Under the pieces are notes generated by a model. That model searched no databases, was not told where the DNA came from, and saw only the letters and a list, made by a program, of their open reading frames with translations. Both the position numbers and the translations under genes were made by a program. A stretch of 63,990 bases of DNA, counting the filler, from Bdellovibrionota bacterium (GTDB lineage: Bacteria > Bdellovibrionota > Bdellovibrionia > Bdellovibrionales > JAEYZS01): assembly GCA_963169515.1 (NCBI GenBank). It is 7 parts of 7 records of this genome, joined end to end, with 100 filler letters (N's around TTAATTAATTAA, not from the genome) between each part and the next. Parts side by side here need not be neighbours in the genome. Positions count along the whole stretch, not along the records: positions 1 to 19,531 come from CAUJEF010000038.1; 6 more parts are not named here. The stretch is one strand, 5' to 3'. The stretch's first letter is position 1; each line of letters begins with the position of its first letter. Of this stretch, positions 1 to 9,413 are shown in pieces.

Positions 1-365
1 AAAATTTAGGAATTGCCTTTCAAATGATTGACGACATCATCGATTATGAAGAGTTGGGCGGCAAAGATTATTCCAAAGACTTTAAAGAAGGATTAATGAA
101 CTTTGTTATTGCGGATATGCTGAAAAATAACCCACAACTGAAGGTCGCGTTGGCAAACCACCTCGGACAAGGCTTTGATGACGAGCCATGGGCGAGGGCC
201 CAACTGGAAGCTTCGAAAGAAAATATTCGTGTTCAATCCAAAATGTATTTGGATATGGCGGAAGAAGGCTTTGAGACGATCAAACGCTTTAGCAATAATG
301 ACTCAGTAGATTGCGTTCAGTCGATCGAAGGATTGCTAGAGTTTTTGCGGATGAGGAAGTTATGA
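1..365 (+). CDS. Polyprenyl diphosphate synthase (IspB/HepT family), C-terminal part, 5'-truncated
   Basis: Frame open from the window start reads NLGIAFQMIDDIIDY (second Asp-rich motif), then GKDYSKDFKEG; stop overlaps the aroF start (ATGA). Confidence 0.85.
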   Translation, partial: NLGIAFQMIDDIIDYEELGGKDYSKDFKEGLMNFVIADMLKNNPQLKVALANHLGQGFDDEPWARAQLEASKENIRVQSKMYLDMAEEGFETIKRFSNNDSVDCVQSIEGLLEFLRMRKL

Positions 366-1372
366 TTATCGTATTAGATAAAAGGCATACTTCTGAACAA
401 AAAACACGCCTAGTGAATTTTATCCGTGAGCGTGGTGGCAAGCCCAGCGAAATGACCTTGCGTGACCGTTTGGTTGTTACGTTTAACGAAAGTTTAAACG
501 GGAAATTGGATTTCTTAGCTTTTGCTGGTGTCGAGCAGGTGGTTACAACACAAACAGAATTTAAAAAGTCATCATGGGAAACCCAATCCGAACCGACTCG
601 AATCAAAGTTGGGAATGCTGAAATCGGGCCGGGTCGATTTAATGTGATTGCGGGACCATGTGCCGTCGAATCTGCAGATCAATATTTGCGTATCGCACAT
701 AAAGCTAAAAAGGCGGGTGCACATTTCCTGCGCGGCGGTGCTTTCAAACCGCGAACCTCTCCATTTTCATTTCAGGGATTGGGGCGTTCAGGGCTTGAAA
801 TTTTAGCTGAAGCTCGAAAAGAAACTGATCTTCCAATTATTACAGAAGCTCTTGATGTCCGCGACGTTGAGTTCGTGTACAAGGTGACCGACGTGATTCA
901 AGTTGGGTCTCGCAATATGCAAAATTTTCCGTTGTTAAGAGAGGTCGGAAAAACGGACAAGCCAGTCCTATTAAAACGAGGGTTGGCAGCGACAATTCAA
1001 GAATGGTTGTTGGCAGCGGAATATGTGCTAGAGGGTGGAAATTCCCAAGTTGTGCTTTGTGAACGTGGTATTAGATCGTTTGATCAAGAAACTAGAAACT
1101 TTTTGGATTTAGCGGCCGTCCCAATTGTGCATGGTAAAAGCCATCTGCCAGTCCTGGTGGATCCATCCCATGCTCTTGGACGAAGGGATTTGGTGGCACC
1201 GATGACAAAAGCTGCGTTAGCGGCTGGGGCCAACGGCGTCATGATTGAAATTCATGACGAACCTGAAACTGCTCTATCCGATGGATTCCAGGCTATTCAT
1301 CCTGACAATTTAGAAGATATCATCAAAGATTTAAAAAGGATGGGGGCGGCCTTAGATATATACGTGCCGTGA
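362..1372 (+). CDS. aroF: DAHP synthase type I-beta with N-terminal regulatory domain
   Basis: IAGPCAVES, RGGAFKPRTSP, QVGSRNMQN, LLKRG, CERGIR and DPSH motifs; start moved to ATG 362 (GAGG SD, ATGA overlap). Confidence 0.95.
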   Translation: MIIVLDKRHTSEQKTRLVNFIRERGGKPSEMTLRDRLVVTFNESLNGKLDFLAFAGVEQVVTTQTEFKKSSWETQSEPTRIKVGNAEIGPGRFNVIAGPCAVESADQYLRIAHKAKKAGAHFLRGGAFKPRTSPFSFQGLGRSGLEILAEARKETDLPIITEALDVRDVEFVYKVTDVIQVGSRNMQNFPLLREVGKTDKPVLLKRGLAATIQEWLLAAEYVLEGGNSQVVLCERGIRSFDQETRNFLDLAAVPIVHGKSHLPVLVDPSHALGRRDLVAPMTKAALAAGANGVMIEIHDEPETALSDGFQAIHPDNLEDIIKDLKRMGAALDIYVP

Positions 1373-2574
1373 TGGAATTAAAAAACGTAAAACTTCCTGG
1401 TGATAAATCTCTTTCCCACAGGGCTCTGATCCTTGCGGCCCTTCGGACTGGTACCACCGAACTTGAAAACATATCTACGGGTGAAGACGTTAAGAGCACT
1501 TTGAATTGCTTGCGCAGCCTTGGCGTTCAAATAGAAAATTTAGATTCAAAGCTGATTGTAAAAGGTGTCGGATTGCAAGGATTTAAAAAGCCTTTAGCAC
1601 CACTGGACTGCGGAAATTCAGGCACAACCATGAGACTATTTATGGGTCTTCTCGCTGGGCAGAATTTTGAAACTGTTCTTATCGGGGATAAATCTTTGTC
1701 TTTGCGACCCATGAAACGCGTCGCTGAGCCGCTTCGACAAATGGGGGCCTGTATTGAATTGACCAACGGGAACTATGCCCCGATTCGAATCCTTCCGGCA
1801 CAGCTGGGACCATTAAAATACGATCTTCCGATGGCATCGAGCCAGGTAAAATCGGCATTGATGTTGGCAGCTATAATTTCAAATCAAAATGTGGTTTTGG
1901 GTGGCGAATTGCACAGTCGTGACCATACCGAACGTATGCTTCCCTATTTTTTTGATAACAGTGACAAGATGCTGTCGTGGAAGGTGCCCGGCGATATCTC
2001 GTCAGGAAGCTTTTGGATTGCAGCTGGGTTATTAAGGGGAGTTAAAGTAAAACTTGAAGACGTTCTTTTAAATCCAACGCGCCTTGGTTTTATAAATGTA
2101 TTGCGTGATTCAGGGGTGAACATACACCTGGACCTTCATTCGGAAGAACCGGAACCACGTGGTGATATTACAGTTCAGCCAAGTGCCATGATGCCTTTTC
2201 GTTTAGGCAAAAACCAGATCCCGTATCTGATCGACGAAATTCCATTATTGGTTTTGCTCGCAACACAAATCAGTGGACGGTCTGTTATTACGGGGGCTGA
2301 GGAGCTCCGGTACAAAGAATCTGATCGCATAGTGAAAACGGCCGAAGTTTTTCGACAGCTAGGGGGATATGTAGAAACGACCTCAGATGGTTTCCTTATC
2401 GAAGGCAAGCAATCTTTAAATGGCGGTCTCATTGATACTTTTCAGGATCACCGTTTGACCATGATGGCCGCCGTTGCGGGGTTGGTGTGTGAAAATCAAG
2501 TGAGTTTTTCTGAAACGGATTCAGCGAAAGTGTCTGATCCTTATTTCTTTAATGAATGGAAAGAGTTTTTATGA
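1369..2574 (+). CDS. aroA: EPSP synthase
   Basis: PGDKSLSHR, DCGNSGTTMR, SSQVKSA, RDHTERM, ELRYKESDR and DHR motifs. Confidence 0.95.
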   Translation: MMELKNVKLPGDKSLSHRALILAALRTGTTELENISTGEDVKSTLNCLRSLGVQIENLDSKLIVKGVGLQGFKKPLAPLDCGNSGTTMRLFMGLLAGQNFETVLIGDKSLSLRPMKRVAEPLRQMGACIELTNGNYAPIRILPAQLGPLKYDLPMASSQVKSALMLAAIISNQNVVLGGELHSRDHTERMLPYFFDNSDKMLSWKVPGDISSGSFWIAAGLLRGVKVKLEDVLLNPTRLGFINVLRDSGVNIHLDLHSEEPEPRGDITVQPSAMMPFRLGKNQIPYLIDEIPLLVLLATQISGRSVITGAEELRYKESDRIVKTAEVFRQLGGYVETTSDGFLIEGKQSLNGGLIDTFQDHRLTMMAAVAGLVCENQVSFSETDSAKVSDPYFFNEWKEFL

Positions 2575-3365
2575 AGGCCGGTTTGGTAGGTTATCCAATT
2601 TCCCATTCACTTTCGCCGCAGATTTTTTCTATTTTGTCGAGAAACTACGATGTGCCACTGCAGTACGACACAATAGAAATTCATCCATCGTATATGGAGT
2701 CTTTCATAAATGAATTTCCATGGAAAAATTATTTGGGCTTCAACGTAACAATTCCATATAAAGAAGTTTTTAAAAACTACATGACTAGACTGGATCCAAT
2801 GGCGGACACAATAGGTGTCGTCAACGTGGTTAAAGTTGAGGGTGATGAACGCATTGGCTATAACACAGATGTGTTTGGTTTTTTAAAATGTTTGGAGGAA
2901 GAAAATATTCAACTATCGGGCAAAGACTGTGTGATTTTTGGAACTGGTGGAGCAGCAAAAGCGGCCATTCACGGTTTAAAATCTTTGGGTGTGAAATCCA
3001 TTACGGTTGCAACGAGACATCCGGAACAGTTGAAGTATTTGGGAGTCCCTGTTGAAAACTATTCGGCCGAGATGGAAGCGGATCTTTATGTGAACGCCAC
3101 TCCGCTTGGAACTAAAAATTTTCACGAAAACGAGTCCCCCTATATGGGGACATTTAAGCCGGGCGCCATAGTTTTTGACATGGTTTATCAGCCAACAAAG
3201 ACAGTGCTTATGAAACATGCCGAAATGAATAGTGTGCGAGCCATAGGTGGGCTCAATATGTTAATTTGGCAGGCGTTGAAAACTTGGGAAATTTGGTTTG
3301 ATAAGGAAGTACACCAGTACAAACCAGATGTTTATAAAAAAATTCTTACAGGGGTCACATCATGA
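2571..3365 (+). CDS. aroE: Shikimate dehydrogenase
   Basis: GYPISHSLSP, NVTIPYK, GYNTD, GTGGAA, NATPLG and DMVY motifs; start at ATGA overlap 2571. Confidence 0.95.
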   Translation: MKAGLVGYPISHSLSPQIFSILSRNYDVPLQYDTIEIHPSYMESFINEFPWKNYLGFNVTIPYKEVFKNYMTRLDPMADTIGVVNVVKVEGDERIGYNTDVFGFLKCLEEENIQLSGKDCVIFGTGGAAKAAIHGLKSLGVKSITVATRHPEQLKYLGVPVENYSAEMEADLYVNATPLGTKNFHENESPYMGTFKPGAIVFDMVYQPTKTVLMKHAEMNSVRAIGGLNMLIWQALKTWEIWFDKEVHQYKPDVYKKILTGVTS

Positions 3366-4441
3366 TTCGATTTTTAACAGCAGGTGAGTCCCATGGGAAG
3401 GCTTTGATCGGAATTATCGAGGGTATCCCTTCCGGTCTCGGAATTTTGAAATCCGAAATCCAGTCGGAACTTATCCGGCGAAAGCAAGGTTATGGACGCG
3501 GGGACCGTCAAAAAATTGAAACAGAAGAGCTAGAAATTCTTTCGGGAGTTCGAGCGGGGAAGACATTGGGAAGCCCGATTGCTATTCAAATTCCCAACCA
3601 GGACTGGAAAAATTGGCAAGAAATAATGTCTGTGGAATCAGAGTCGCAGGAGGGCAAGATTGATGTTCCCCGACCTGGGCACGCAGACTACGCTGGCGCT
3701 GTTAAGTATCGACATTTTGATATGCGAAATGTCCTTGAGCGCGCAAGCGCACGTGAAACTGCAATGCGGGTAGCGATTGCAACCATCGCACGGAAGTTTT
3801 TATTTGATCTGGGCGTTCAAATTACAAATTGTGTTATTGAGATCGGCGGCGAAAAGGATTCCTCAAAATGGAATGATTTGATCGATCTTGCCCGTAAAGA
3901 GGGAAATACTTTGGGAGGAATATTCGAAGTGTGCGCAACAGGGCATATCATGGGACTTGGAAGTTATGTGCAGTGGGATCGCCGTATTGAGGGCAACATT
4001 GCAAAAGCGTTTATGTCTTTGAACGCGATCAAGGGCGTAGAAATTGGTCTGGGATTCGAAACCGCACGCCTGATGGGGAGCGAGGTTCATGATGAATTTA
4101 TCCTAAGGGAGCAAGGCGTTGGGTACCGCTCTAACAATTCAGGCGGTGTTAATGGTGGGATCACAATTGGCGAACCGCTTACTGTTCGTGCAGCTATGAA
4201 GCCGCTGTCCACCTTGAGGAAACCTTTGAGCTCCATTTCTTTAAAGACGAAAGAGAAAATTGAGGCTCATTATGAGCGTTCTGATGTTTGTGCTGTATGG
4301 TCAGCCGCAGTTATTGGGGAATCGCTATTGGCATTGGTCCTTGCGGATGAATATTTGACAAAATTTGGCGGCGATTCAATGACTGAAATCAAAGAAAGAG
4401 TATTTGAATGGAAGAAAAAAGCGGAAAAAATATTTTTCTGA
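3362..4441 (+). CDS. aroC: Chorismate synthase
   Basis: TAGESHG, PRPGHAD, ERASARETA, NAIKGVEIG and ERSDVCAV motifs. Confidence 0.95.
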   Translation: MIRFLTAGESHGKALIGIIEGIPSGLGILKSEIQSELIRRKQGYGRGDRQKIETEELEILSGVRAGKTLGSPIAIQIPNQDWKNWQEIMSVESESQEGKIDVPRPGHADYAGAVKYRHFDMRNVLERASARETAMRVAIATIARKFLFDLGVQITNCVIEIGGEKDSSKWNDLIDLARKEGNTLGGIFEVCATGHIMGLGSYVQWDRRIEGNIAKAFMSLNAIKGVEIGLGFETARLMGSEVHDEFILREQGVGYRSNNSGGVNGGITIGEPLTVRAAMKPLSTLRKPLSSISLKTKEKIEAHYERSDVCAVWSAAVIGESLLALVLADEYLTKFGGDSMTEIKERVFEWKKKAEKIFF

Positions 4442-4938
4442 CCGGCTTCATGGGAAGTGGCAAGACAACGGTTGGTAGGTATTTAGCCAAAAAACTAGCC
4501 AAGACCTATGTTGATTTGGATCAGACGATTCAAGAGCGCTATGGAATGAGTATCGCTGAAATTTTCCTAAAATATGGCGAGGAATTTTTTCGCGAAAAAG
4601 AAGCTGAAATTTTAAAACTTTTGTCTGCAAAGAAAAATCAAGTTGTGGCCCTGGGCGGCGGTTCGCTGATCCGGTTTGAAAACTTGAAAGCAATAAAAGA
4701 CAAGGGTACCGTTGTTTATTTGCGTGCAGAACTGTCCACTCTTTTAAAAAGGCTGGCGTTTGAAAAAGAGAGTCGACCTCTTTTAAAGAATAAAACTGAA
4801 AAAGAGATGGAAGAGCTGTTTAATAAACGTCATTTGGCTTATAAAGATGCCGACATTTCGGTTAACACAGATGAACTGTCGGTTGCAGAAGTGACAGAGC
4901 TTATTGTGGAAGGGATCAATAAATGCCAGAAGTATTAG
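4408..4938 (+). CDS. aroK: Shikimate kinase
   Basis: GFMGSGKTT P-loop, DLD, GEEFFR, LGGG and RPLL motifs. Confidence 0.95.
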   Translation: MEEKSGKNIFLTGFMGSGKTTVGRYLAKKLAKTYVDLDQTIQERYGMSIAEIFLKYGEEFFREKEAEILKLLSAKKNQVVALGGGSLIRFENLKAIKDKGTVVYLRAELSTLLKRLAFEKESRPLLKNKTEKEMEELFNKRHLAYKDADISVNTDELSVAEVTELIVEGINKCQKY

Positions 4939-6038
4939 AAGCCACAGGGGCGAGATTGAGTGGATTGAAACCAATTGAGCATTTAAAGTATCCCATCATT
5001 ATTGATCCATCTTCATTGCTGGAATTTCATGAATTTCTTCGAAATAAAAACTATTCAAATTGTGTTTTATTCGTGGATCGCAAATTAAAAACGCACAAAG
5101 CGCGGGTCCAAAAGCTCATTCAGCATGTTTACCCGAAATCGATGACCATAGATTTAATTGGTAATGAAAGCTTGAAGTCATTCAAGGCGCTCTATCCGCT
5201 ATACAGTAAGCTTTTAAAGAAAAAAATAGACCGTAAATCGGTTTTTGTATCCCTTGGGGGAGGCACCATAGGGGACGCCATTGGGTTTTTAGCGTCGACG
5301 TATTTGCGTGGAGTGGATTGGATAAACATCCCGACGACACTACTAGCTCAAGTGGATTCGTCGGTTGGCGGGAAGACCGGCATCAACCATGAACAAGGGA
5401 AAAATTTAATCGGGACATTTTATCAGCCCAAGGCCGTATTTATTGATCCGCAATTTCTCAAAACCCTTCCCAGGCGCCAAATGATGTCCGGTTTAGCGGA
5501 AACTCTGAAATATGGATTGATTTTAGATAAATATTTCTTTTATGAATTCTATAATTCTATGGAAATGGCAATGGGCGGCCAGGCCTCTGTATTGTGCGAC
5601 TATATTTTGCGAAGTGTGCGTTGGAAATCCCAGGTTGTTGCGCAAGATGAAAGAGATACTTCGGGAAGTAGGCAAATTCTGAATTTTGGTCATACGTTTG
5701 GACACGCTTTAGAAAAAATCTTTTACGGAAAAATATACCACGGCGAAGCTGTTGTTTATGGTATGAAGTTTGCAATTTTGATGTCGCACTTCAAAGGCTT
5801 GTTAAATGCAAAGGAACTGGCCGAGTCCTTTGAAGTTTTGGGCCGCTTTGAGGTTCCGAAACTACCAACTTTGAATGAAGGTCGTTTGTGGAAGCTTATT
5901 TTGTCTGATAAGAAGAACGAACGTGGTGCGGTTCGAATGGTTCTGCTCAAAGGAATTGGGTGCGCTGCTCCCAATCAAGAAATCAGTCGGCCTGAGTTTT
6001 CAGAGGTTTTTAAAATCTTCAGAAAGTTGGAAGTGTGA
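4923..6038 (+). CDS. aroB: 3-dehydroquinate synthase
   Basis: LGGGTIGD, PTTLLAQVDSSVGGKTGIN, LNFGHTFGHA and HGEAV motifs. Confidence 0.95.
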   Translation: MPEVLEATGARLSGLKPIEHLKYPIIIDPSSLLEFHEFLRNKNYSNCVLFVDRKLKTHKARVQKLIQHVYPKSMTIDLIGNESLKSFKALYPLYSKLLKKKIDRKSVFVSLGGGTIGDAIGFLASTYLRGVDWINIPTTLLAQVDSSVGGKTGINHEQGKNLIGTFYQPKAVFIDPQFLKTLPRRQMMSGLAETLKYGLILDKYFFYEFYNSMEMAMGGQASVLCDYILRSVRWKSQVVAQDERDTSGSRQILNFGHTFGHALEKIFYGKIYHGEAVVYGMKFAILMSHFKGLLNAKELAESFEVLGRFEVPKLPTLNEGRLWKLILSDKKNERGAVRMVLLKGIGCAAPNQEISRPEFSEVFKIFRKLEV

Positions 6039-6490
6039 ACATTTTAGTCGTGCATGGGCCCAATCTAAATCTTCTGGGTGAGCGTGAACCAAATATTTAT
6101 GGAAAATTAACGTTAAGAGAGATCAATCTGCGATTAAAGGCCATAGCGAAAAAAGAGAAGGCAGCATTACGCGTGTTCCAGTCTAATCGTGAGGGCAACA
6201 TTATTGATTTTATTCATAGAAATCGAAAGTGGGCAGACGGGATTCTTATTAACCCGGGTGGATTGACCCATTACTCGATTTCCTTGCGGGACGCGATTGC
6301 CGCAGTAAGTTTGCCGACGGTTGAGGTTCATTTAAGCAATATCAATAAGCGTGAGAAGTTTCGCAAAACAAATGTAATTCGTGATGTGTGCGTGAAACAA
6401 TTCATGGGTGAAAGTGACGAATCTTACATCAAGGGGCTTCTCTATTTAAAGCGTTTATCCGGGGGTGTTCGATTTGGAGAAAAGATATGA
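6035..6490 (+). CDS. aroQ: Type II 3-dehydroquinate dehydratase
   Basis: HGPNLNLLGEREPNIYG, INPGGLTHYS and EVHLSN motifs. Confidence 0.95.
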   Translation: MNILVVHGPNLNLLGEREPNIYGKLTLREINLRLKAIAKKEKAALRVFQSNREGNIIDFIHRNRKWADGILINPGGLTHYSISLRDAIAAVSLPTVEVHLSNINKREKFRKTNVIRDVCVKQFMGESDESYIKGLLYLKRLSGGVRFGEKI

Positions 6491-6897
6491 TTTGGAAAAA
6501 AAATGCGACACTAGAACAGCTTAATTCTGCCAACAAACATACAATGATGGAGGCCATTGGGATCGTATATACCGAGATCGGCGAGGACTATATCACTGCA
6601 AAAATGCCGGTCGATAAGCGAACGCATAATCCCGTTGGATTACTTCATGGCGGAGCGTCGGCTTCGCTTTCAGAAACCTTGGGCAGTATAGCGTCTTATT
6701 TAATTGAAGATGCATCAACGCCGGTGGGTTTAGAAATAAACGCCAATCACTTGCGTTCAGAGACCGCGGGTTATGTCTACGGGACGGTTCGGCCGATAAA
6801 GTTAGGAAAAACAATTCATGTTTGGGAAACAAAAATCACAAATGAAAAAAATGAATTGGTTTGCATCAGTCGCCTGACCGTTTTCATTAAGAAGTAA
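6487..6897 (+). CDS. menI: Hotdog thioesterase, probably 1,4-dihydroxy-2-naphthoyl-CoA hydrolase
   Basis: MPVDKRTHNPVGLLHGGAS.SLSETLGS and GLEINANHLR (YdiI/MenI family); men cluster context. Confidence 0.8.
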   Translation: MIWKKNATLEQLNSANKHTMMEAIGIVYTEIGEDYITAKMPVDKRTHNPVGLLHGGASASLSETLGSIASYLIEDASTPVGLEINANHLRSETAGYVYGTVRPIKLGKTIHVWETKITNEKNELVCISRLTVFIKK

Positions 6898-6899
6898 AT

Positions 6900-7382
6900 T
6901 TATTTTTTTGCCATTTCGTAACAGCTTTCAATCTGTTTTGCGATCAAAAGAACTTCATTGTTTTTGATCTCGATGCAATCAACCCAGTCATTTAATTTTA
7001 TGGGGGCGCCTTTGCTTTGTATTGTTGCTTGGAATTCGCGATATTTCTTATTACATTCTTGGGCCGGATAGGAAAATGGAACGTCTTCAGGAACTTTGTC
7101 GGCAGCAATAAGTGTTATTATTTGGCCCGCGATAGATTTTTCATAAAGTAAATTTTTGAGGACATCTTTTGAGATCTTTTTTATTTTTGTGTCGATGAAT
7201 TGGTCAAGAGAGATAAGATGGCCACGAAGTTCCTTTAATGTATCGGGGCACACGCCTAAATGTTTTGCGTACGCTGATTTGAATTCTGCTTCTAACGTCT
7301 TGGTGTCAGGCGAATCGGACGCAGTTTCAGCAGCCGGATTGGGTAGGAGCATAAATTGCAAGACTAAAAACAATTTTATCAT
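6900..7382 (-). CDS. Small exported hypothetical protein (4 Cys), coupled to the upstream SLT gene
   Basis: Start moved to ATG 7382, which overlaps the SLT stop (ATGA); signal peptide MIKLFLVLQFMLL. Confidence 0.7.
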   Translation of the reverse strand: MIKLFLVLQFMLLPNPAAETASDSPDTKTLEAEFKSAYAKHLGVCPDTLKELRGHLISLDQFIDTKIKKISKDVLKNLLYEKSIAGQIITLIAADKVPEDVPFSYPAQECNKKYREFQATIQSKGAPIKLNDWVDCIEIKNNEVLLIAKQIESCYEMAKK

Positions 7383-9124
7383 CTTCGGCCGCCTTGGTTC
7401 TGTTGTGGCTTGTACGTTGGTACGTTTTCTGCCGGTCGCGTCACTGGCTTGCGTTTGCTTTCTGGGCAGGCACCGCAAACGTCTTCTTCTACCCCTGTTG
7501 TTTCGAGACACATACCCTTCGCTTTTGAAGAAGCCGTACATTGGCATTGTCTATCATTGCAGGCAGTGCCATCACCAATCCAAATGGTTTGCTTTGGGTT
7601 ATCTGGGTCTTGGCATTTCCACCTCATTGGGCCCCGACGTGGGGCTGCGCTTTCTCGTATACGATCAACTGATGAATTTTTTCTTGCATTTTCATTAAGC
7701 ATGCATCTTTGAATTCCGATTGCGTGCTTTTTTCCTTCAAATGAAATTTTGCCGTCAATTAAATTTTGGGTCCAGTCGTCCATAGATTTGGATTTTGCTA
7801 TGACGGCAAGAACGGGGCCTTCCCCGGTATTGTATGCGGTCACGGCAGCAGTGTACAATTGGACCTTTTCTTTGTCAGAAAACATCGCTAGTTTTTTTCC
7901 CAATGGCATATTTAAAACTTTGAGATCTTCATTTTTCTTTTCTACATTTCTGTTTTGCTTAAATTCAGCTTCAATTTTATTCTTTAAAACTGCATTGATT
8001 AAGATTTGCAATTTATCGGCAAGAAGTGCGGTGCCTTGTCCGATGGCTGCTTTTGGATCTGCTGTAATGGCAGACGCCAGCCTGTCGGCCTCACCCACAT
8101 TCTTTCGAGGTGGGTTGAACAATTTTGAGCTTATATATTTGGGTTCAAGACCCACCTTGGCTGCATATTTTTCGTATTTATCAATAAAGTCTTTTAGATA
8201 AGGTTCGTTTTTCATTTCCTTATGAAATCTTTTAAACCCCACATATGTTACCTGCATAATGCCTGAGGCACCGGTCGAACTTTTAGCGGAGACATCAAAT
8301 CCCTCACTTTCTTGGAAGCTCAAGCACGCAACAACCGTATAAGGCAAACCAAAAGTTATTGATGCATGGTGAAAGTAGGTTTTTAGTTCAGTCCTGTATT
8401 TCTCAAAATCCTCATCTTGGCATCCGTGTCGAAAGGTATTGAAGTAGCTGTCTAATTCGGAGTACCCAGATCCTCCATAGGTTCGAAACATATAACCCGT
8501 GCTCACGGTCGGTTTTGATATATTATCAATGGGAGGTAAAGGGACGTTCGTCGCATCGGCATATCTTTCAACTGTCGCACTGGTTGCTTGAATTTCGCAT
8601 TCGCGCGGGACGCATTCCGCGCCCTCGGCATATTTTCCGCGAATTTTATAAAACAATTTTCCAGGTGCTTCAGGATTTCGAGTATCAATTTTACTGTAAC
8701 TTTCTTCAAAGAAAAACTCTCTAAAGCTTGAATCTTCGGGCATGACGATGGATTGTTCTCCGCCCTGTTTAATGCGTTGGATGCTGGCGTTTGGTTTGAC
8801 GGTAACAGTTTCTAATTTTACTTTTGGATGTTTTTCCAACGGAAAAATAAGCTGGTATTCACGGCCTTTTTCATCTTGGACCTGAATGTATTCTTCCCTG
8901 CCCAAATTGCATGAGACGAAATTTTGTCCGGTGGCCACAACTCGCACCGATTTTCCATTTTTCAAGCTCATAATGATATCGCCGTTGGCCTTATAAAATT
9001 GCCGTGGGTAATTACACTTCACTGCGGGGCCAGGGTTTGGAATTGGAAAGGGACTCGAGCTTTTGGATTTTAGTGTCCAAAAAACAGCGAAAGGAATGAT
9101 CAAAAAGACACGGCTCAAGGTCAT
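7379..9124 (-). CDS. Exported lytic transglycosylase (SLT/GH23 domain) with Cys-rich C-terminus
   Basis: FQES (catalytic Glu), SSTGASGIMQV and AYNTG motifs; hydrophobic N-terminus. Confidence 0.8.
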   Translation of the reverse strand: MTLSRVFLIIPFAVFWTLKSKSSSPFPIPNPGPAVKCNYPRQFYKANGDIIMSLKNGKSVRVVATGQNFVSCNLGREEYIQVQDEKGREYQLIFPLEKHPKVKLETVTVKPNASIQRIKQGGEQSIVMPEDSSFREFFFEESYSKIDTRNPEAPGKLFYKIRGKYAEGAECVPRECEIQATSATVERYADATNVPLPPIDNISKPTVSTGYMFRTYGGSGYSELDSYFNTFRHGCQDEDFEKYRTELKTYFHHASITFGLPYTVVACLSFQESEGFDVSAKSSTGASGIMQVTYVGFKRFHKEMKNEPYLKDFIDKYEKYAAKVGLEPKYISSKLFNPPRKNVGEADRLASAITADPKAAIGQGTALLADKLQILINAVLKNKIEAEFKQNRNVEKKNEDLKVLNMPLGKKLAMFSDKEKVQLYTAAVTAYNTGEGPVLAVIAKSKSMDDWTQNLIDGKISFEGKKHAIGIQRCMLNENARKNSSVDRIRESAAPRRGPMRWKCQDPDNPKQTIWIGDGTACNDRQCQCTASSKAKGMCLETTGVEEDVCGACPESKRKPVTRPAENVPTYKPQQNQGGRR

Positions 9125-9130
9125 CCTATT

Positions 9131-9158
9131 GGATCGGTTAAACTGTGTCTGGAATTGA
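9131..9158 (-). promoter_or_regulatory. Putative sigma28 (FliA) promoter of the SLT gene
   Basis: Minus strand TCAAT-N15-ACCGATCC, 6 nt before ATG 9124. Confidence 0.5.
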
Positions 9159-9366
9159 GGTCTAAGTATCGAATACTATTGGGTAATATACTGCCAAGGT
9201 CGAGGTGTTTAAGGGGCGTGCAAACCATGAGGTTTTTTCACTGTAGACAAAGGGCTGGACTGTCACTGTTTCCTAAGTCATTTCAATACTGTGACCGTTT
9301 TCGCGGAATGTTTGTAAAAACTTCCGGTGGGAAATATTCAAAACTCTCTAAATCGGTCAATAGCGA

Positions 9367-9382
9367 TGGTACCCGAATTGCT
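9367..9382 (+). promoter_or_regulatory. Putative sigma54 -24/-12 promoter
   Basis: TGGTACCCGAATTGCT (GG-N10-GC), 31 nt before ATG 9414. Confidence 0.65.
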
Positions 9383-9413
9383 CTGCTTTGATTGACACTA
9401 AGAAGGGGTAAAA

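Noticed and set aside
7383..7547. Arg-rich N-terminal extension of the 215-aa ORF
   Set aside because: Overlaps the SLT gene in another frame; ATG 7382 gives a signal peptide and ATGA coupling
7156..8201. Plus-strand ORFs 7156-7698, 7410-7712 and 7749-8201, and the many other short track ORFs opposite real genes
   Set aside because: Antisense or alternate-frame shadows of well-supported genes, with no recognisable motifs
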